Shown in pieces: positions 45,732-49,968 of a stretch of 49,968 nucleotides of DNA (positions are counted from its first letter, which is position 1; every line of letters starts with the position of its first letter). This DNA is from Lawsonibacter sp. (GTDB lineage: Bacteria; Bacillota; Clostridia; Oscillospirales; Oscillospiraceae). The notes beneath the pieces are model-generated. The model was not told the DNA's origin. It searched no databases and worked only from the letters and a program-made list of their open reading frames with translations. The stretch is from positions 1 to 49,968 of the forward strand of contig JAZUOI010000065.1 of the NCBI GenBank assembly GCA_045604585.1. The letters are read 5' to 3'. A program made the translations under genes and the position numbers.

Positions 45732-45847
45732 CAGCAAGACCCGTGTCCACCGGACACGGGTCTTGTTCTTTGTAACCCCTTACTGGAATATATTGCGGTT
45801 TTTTGGAGGGGTACGGGGATTTTTCGAAGAAAATTCACCGCCAGCAC

Positions 45848-45876
45848 TTGACCTGCTGAAAAAAGAGAGATACAAT
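45848..45876 (+). promoter_or_regulatory. sigma-A promoter of ftsZ
   Basis: TTGACC-17-TACAAT, downstream of a hairpin at 45735-45765. Confidence 0.65.
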
Positions 45877-45947
45877 GATTTATACGTGTCTAATAGAATA
45901 ACGGGGCATCTGCCCGCGTTGTGAACTGTACTTAGGAGGAAACGAAT

Positions 45948-47096
45948 ATGGCTTTTGGTTTGGAGACCGGAACGGAAAGCGTCGTCAACATTAAGGTAGT
46001 TGGCGTGGGCGGCGGCGGCGGAAACGTAGTCAACCGCATGGTCAAGTCCGGTGCACAGAACGTGGACTTCATCAGCATCAATACCGACAAGCAGGCGTTG
46101 GTCGTTTCCAGCGCAACGCATACGATCCAAATCGGTGAGAAGCTGACCAACGGTCAGGGCGCCGGTTCCGATCCCGATGTGGGCCGCAAGTCCGCCGAGG
46201 AAAACCGCGCCCAGATTGCCAAGGCTCTGCAAGATGCCGACATGGTCTTCATCACCGCCGGCATGGGCGGCGGCACCGGCACCGGCGCGGCCCCCATCGT
46301 GGCCGACATCGCCAAGGAGCTGGGTGTGCTCACCGTGGGCGTGGTCACCAAGCCCTTCCGCTTTGAGGGCGGTCGCCGTATGGCCCGCGCTGAGGAGGGT
46401 ATCCGTGAGCTGGGCGCCGTGGTGGACGCGTTGGTCATCATCCCCAACGAGCGGCTGAAGCTGGCCACCGACCAGAAGATCACCCTGCTCAACGCCTTTG
46501 AGATCGCGGACGACGTGCTGCAGCAGGCTGTCCAGTCCATTTCTGATCTGATCCGGGATACCGGCCTGATCAATCTGGACTTTGCCGACGTGACTGCCGT
46601 TATGAAGGACGCCGGCCGTGGCCACATGGGTGTGGGTCGTGCCGCCGGCAAGGGCAAGGCGGAGGAAGCCGCCCGTATGGCCATTTCCAGCCCCCTGCTG
46701 GAGACCTCCATCGACGGCGCCAAGGGCGTGCTGATCAATGTCACCGGCTCGATGGACATCGGCCTGGAAGAGGTGGAGACCGCTGCCGATCTGGTGCAGC
46801 AGGCCGCTCACCCCGACGCCAACATTATCTTCGGCGCCACCTTCGACGAGACCATGGAGGACGAGATCCGCGTTACCGTCATCGCCACCGGCTTTGACGA
46901 GGGTGCGGGCAAGCTGAAGCTGGAGCCCTTTACCACCGCCCGAGCCAAGGTAGAGGAGCAGGCTGCTCCCGCCGAAGCGGAAGCGGCGCAGGAGGAAGCC
47001 GCCGCGGAGGAGGCTCCCGCCGAGGAGACCCAGCCCCGTGAGGGCACCATCCCCGACTCCACGTGGGAGAGCCTTGTGGGCATCTTCAAGAAGTAA
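45948..47096 (+). CDS. ftsZ: cell division protein FtsZ
   Basis: VVGVGGGGGN, GMGGGTGTG, INLDFADV. Confidence 0.98.
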   Translation: MAFGLETGTESVVNIKVVGVGGGGGNVVNRMVKSGAQNVDFISINTDKQALVVSSATHTIQIGEKLTNGQGAGSDPDVGRKSAEENRAQIAKALQDADMVFITAGMGGGTGTGAAPIVADIAKELGVLTVGVVTKPFRFEGGRRMARAEEGIRELGAVVDALVIIPNERLKLATDQKITLLNAFEIADDVLQQAVQSISDLIRDTGLINLDFADVTAVMKDAGRGHMGVGRAAGKGKAEEAARMAISSPLLETSIDGAKGVLINVTGSMDIGLEEVETAADLVQQAAHPDANIIFGATFDETMEDEIRVTVIATGFDEGAGKLKLEPFTTARAKVEEQAAPAEAEAAQEEAAAEEAPAEETQPREGTIPDSTWESLVGIFKK

Positions 47097-47105
47097 TTAC
47101 AGATG

Positions 47106-47187
47106 AAATGAGGCAGGACGATGTCCTGCCTCATTTTTATTGGGTATAAAACGCACCGGCGCAGCAATGCTGCGCCGGTGCGTTTCA
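47106..47187. terminator. two hairpin terminators between convergent ftsZ and uraA
   Basis: AAATGAGGCAGGAC/GTCCTGCCTCATTTT and AAACGCACCGGCGCAGCA/TGCTGCGCCGGTGCGTTT. Confidence 0.8.
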
Positions 47188-47202
47188 TCTTTGTATGAAT
47201 GA

Positions 47203-48552
47203 TCAGTGATGGATGCCGCGGTTCTGGTCGCCCTCAGGATTGGTACCGAACTCGTAGTCGTTGCCGGGCAGGATGGCGTTGAGCACCACACCGGCGATAG
47301 CGGCGATGGCCAGACCGGTCAGGGTGATGGGAGTGCCGGCCACGGTGAAGGTCAGACCGCCGGAGAAGCCCAGACCGCACACCAGGATAACGGCGGCGAT
47401 GATCAGGTTGCGGGAGTTGGTGAAGTCCACCTTATTCTCCACGATGTTGCGCACGCCGATGGCGGAGATCATACCGTACAGGATGAAGGACACGCCGCCC
47501 ACGATGGCGGAGGGCATGGAGCCGATCACTTCAGCCATCTTGGGGATGAAGCCCAGCACGATGGCGAACACGGCGGCCAGACGTACCACCTTGGGATCGT
47601 GAACGTTGGACAGAACCAGCACACCGGTGTTCTCACCGTAGGTGGTGTTGGCAGGGCCGCCGAACATGGCGGACAGGGAGGTGGCCAGACCGTCGCCGAT
47701 CAGGGTACGGTGCAGGCCGGGATCGCTCATAAAGGGTTGCTCGGTGGTGGCGGAAATGGCGGACATATCGCCGATGTGCTCCATCATGGTAGCCAGAGCG
47801 ATGGGAGCCATGACCAGAATGGCGGTGATGTCAAACTTGGCCAGGGTGAAGGGGGGCAGGCCAACCCAGTTGGCGGAAGCCACACCGGCGAAGTTCAGGA
47901 TGGCAGAACCGTCGGCATTGGTCATGCCGCAGGCATTCATGATCATGGCGGCCACATAGGAGATGATCACGCCCATGAGGATGGGGATGATCTTGAACAT
48001 GCCCTTGCCCCAGATGTTGAAGATGACGATGGTGGCCAGAGCAATCAGAGCCAGCAGCCAGTTGCTGGAAGCGTTGGTCACAGCGGAGGGGGCCAGAGAC
48101 AGACCGATGCAGATGATGATGGGGCCGGTGACCGGGGGGGGCAGGAAGCGCATGACCTTCTTCACGCCCACGGCCTTGATAATGGCGGCCAGCACCAGGT
48201 ACACAAGACCGGCGATAACCACACCGCCCAGGGCGTAGGCCAGCTTCTCCTCAGCGGCCATGCCCTCATAGATGCCGGAGGTCATGGCGCCCATGGTGGC
48301 AAAGCCACCCAGGAAGGCGAAGGAGGAGCCCAGGAAGGCGGGTACCTTCATCTTGGCGCAGATGTGGAAGAACAGCGTGCCGATGCCGGCAAAGAACAGG
48401 GTGGTCTGGATGTTCAGGGGCAGACCGTAGCTCTGGACCAGAATGGGGACCAGAATGGTGGCGCCAAACATGGCGAACATGTGCTGCAGACCCAGAATAA
48501 TCATCTTGGGAATGCCCAGCGTACGCGCGTCGCGGATAGGTGCGTTGTTCAT
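47203..48552 (-). CDS. uraA: uracil permease (NCS2 family)
   Basis: GLQHMFAMFGATILVP, LGSSFAF, EHIGD, TTYGENTG signature; ATG 48552. Confidence 0.9.
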   Translation of the reverse strand: MNNAPIRDARTLGIPKMIILGLQHMFAMFGATILVPILVQSYGLPLNIQTTLFFAGIGTLFFHICAKMKVPAFLGSSFAFLGGFATMGAMTSGIYEGMAAEEKLAYALGGVVIAGLVYLVLAAIIKAVGVKKVMRFLPPPVTGPIIICIGLSLAPSAVTNASSNWLLALIALATIVIFNIWGKGMFKIIPILMGVIISYVAAMIMNACGMTNADGSAILNFAGVASANWVGLPPFTLAKFDITAILVMAPIALATMMEHIGDMSAISATTEQPFMSDPGLHRTLIGDGLATSLSAMFGGPANTTYGENTGVLVLSNVHDPKVVRLAAVFAIVLGFIPKMAEVIGSMPSAIVGGVSFILYGMISAIGVRNIVENKVDFTNSRNLIIAAVILVCGLGFSGGLTFTVAGTPITLTGLAIAAIAGVVLNAILPGNDYEFGTNPEGDQNRGIHH

Positions 48553-48604
48553 AGTGTTTCTCTCCCTTTCTTTTTTTGATCTGTCATTCGACAGCAGATC
48601 ACAT

Positions 48605-48759
48605 AAAAAAAGACAATCACCCGACGGCAATTGTCATAACAAAGAGAAAAAGGGAATAGAAGACCGTGGAAATGAAGCGACTGTGCATCATCCCAAAGCG
48701 CATCTCCCATCCTCCTCTCACTTGACACCTATCATAGCAGATTGCGCCGGCGGGTGCAA
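48605..48759 (-). promoter_or_regulatory. uraA promoter and candidate attenuator leader (28-codon leader ORF 48703-48617 plus terminator)
   Basis: TTGCAC-17-TATGAT; GGAGG-N7-ATG; U-rich ORF ending inside hairpin GACAATTGCC/GGTGATTGTC followed by T7. Confidence 0.65.
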
Positions 48760-48905
48760 GTGTAAAATGCATAAAAGGTCGAAATTTTCACAAACGGCAA
48801 AAGGCGGTGCGGCGGGGATGGATGCCTTGGCGGTTGTGATGATTGACAATCCGTGGGAAAATCGTTACACTTGTAAATGATTTTCCTTTATAAGGAGTGG
48901 ACACC

Positions 48906-49968
48906 ATGAAGAAGACATTTGTCAACAAACAACAGCTGGAGCGCATCGCGCAGGACTATCCCACACCGTTCTATCTGTACGATGAGCAGGGTATCCGGGA
49001 AAATGCCCGGGCGCTGAACAAGGCCTTTGGCTGGAATCCCGGCTTCAAGGAGTATTTTGCCGTCAAAGCCACCCCCAACCCCCAAATTCTGAAGATCCTG
49101 CATGAGGAGGGGTGCGGCACCGACTGCTCCTCTCTTACCGAGCTGATCATGTCTGACCGATGCGGCTTCCAGGGTGGGGAGATCATGTTCTCCTCCAACG
49201 ATACCCCGGCCGAGGAGTTCAAGCTGGCCGCCGAACTGGGCGCCACCATCAATCTGGATGACATCACCCATATTGATTTTCTCAAGGATACCATCGGCTA
49301 TATCCCCAAGAAGATCTGCTGCCGTTTTAATCCCGGCGGCGTGTTCACCCTGGGCGAGAGCAAAGAGGGGTTCCAGGTCATGGACAACCCCGGTGATGCC
49401 AAGTACGGCATGACCCGTGCCCAGATCTCCGAAGCTTATAAGCGGCTGAAAGAATTGGGGGCGGAGGAATTCGGCATCCACGCCTTCCTCGCTTCCAACA
49501 CCCTGTCCAACGACTACTATCCCGAGCTGGCCCGAATCCTGTTCCAACTGGCGGTGGAATTAAAAGAAGAGACGGGCTGTCACATCACCTTCATCAACCT
49601 GTCCGGCGGCGTGGGCGTGCCTTACCGCCCCGAGCAGAGTGCCAATGACATTGCGGTCATCGGCGAGGGAGTGCGCAATGCTTATGAGGAAGTGTTGGTG
49701 CCCGCGGGCATGGACGATGTATCCATCTGCACCGAACTAGGTCGCTTTATGCTGGCCCCCTATGGCGTGCTGGTCACCCGGGCTACCCATGAGAAGCATA
49801 CTTATAAAGAATACATCGGTGTAGATGCCTGCGCCTCCAACTTGATGCGTCCTGGCATTTACGGTGCCTACCATCACATCACGGTCATGGGCAAGGAGAA
49901 CGAGCCCTGTGACCACAAGTACGACGTGACCGGTGCCCTGTGCGAAAACTGCGACAAGTTCGCTGTGG
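48906..49968 (+). CDS. lysA: diaminopimelate decarboxylase (3' partial, runs off window)
   Basis: PTPFYLYDE, FAVKA PLP lysine, AKYG, NLSGGVG, ELGRF, GALCENCDKFA; promoter TTGACA-17-TACACT at 48843-48871. Confidence 0.93.
   Translation, partial: MKKTFVNKQQLERIAQDYPTPFYLYDEQGIRENARALNKAFGWNPGFKEYFAVKATPNPQILKILHEEGCGTDCSSLTELIMSDRCGFQGGEIMFSSNDTPAEEFKLAAELGATINLDDITHIDFLKDTIGYIPKKICCRFNPGGVFTLGESKEGFQVMDNPGDAKYGMTRAQISEAYKRLKELGAEEFGIHAFLASNTLSNDYYPELARILFQLAVELKEETGCHITFINLSGGVGVPYRPEQSANDIAVIGEGVRNAYEEVLVPAGMDDVSICTELGRFMLAPYGVLVTRATHEKHTYKEYIGVDACASNLMRPGIYGAYHHITVMGKENEPCDHKYDVTGALCENCDKFAV

Noticed and set aside
48843-48905. Lysine riboswitch before lysA
   Set aside because: Promoter lies only ~35 bp from the start codon, leaving no room

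Overview
GC-rich Firmicute chromosome segment; gene content and style suggest a spore-forming Clostridia, probably Oscillospiraceae (inference). Left to right: (1) trmO, an ICMT-like methyltransferase, ybaB, dnaX, the large SRP RNA and tRNA-Ala(CGC); (2) an ~8.5 kb accessory carbohydrate cluster (GNAT, CE15-like and SGNH esterases, GH36/27-like glycosidase, variant class II aldolase, fucose-isomerase-like protein, AraC regulator); (3) a tRNA-derived repeat block, then a ~12.3 kb integrated element bounded by a 48-bp direct repeat of the tRNA-Arg(CCG) 3' end. The element has an integrase, a cI/cro-like switch, a D5-type helicase with an ori, and no recognisable capsid, terminase, portal or tail genes, so it looks like a phage satellite (PICI-like). 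It also carries a hairpin-delimited cargo array, two paralogous antisense promoter-terminator modules, a sigma factor and a decapitated phage minor-capsid/Ntox50 toxin with a putative immunity gene; (4) core genes ylbJ, a D,D-carboxypeptidase, comEA, an SLH protein, metY, a family-4 UDG, a lone gatB, the dcw cluster (with an intact but catalytically eroded MurE-like ORF), a uracil permease with a candidate leader-peptide attenuator, and partial lysA. Family calls come from motif recognition by eye; no searches were run.
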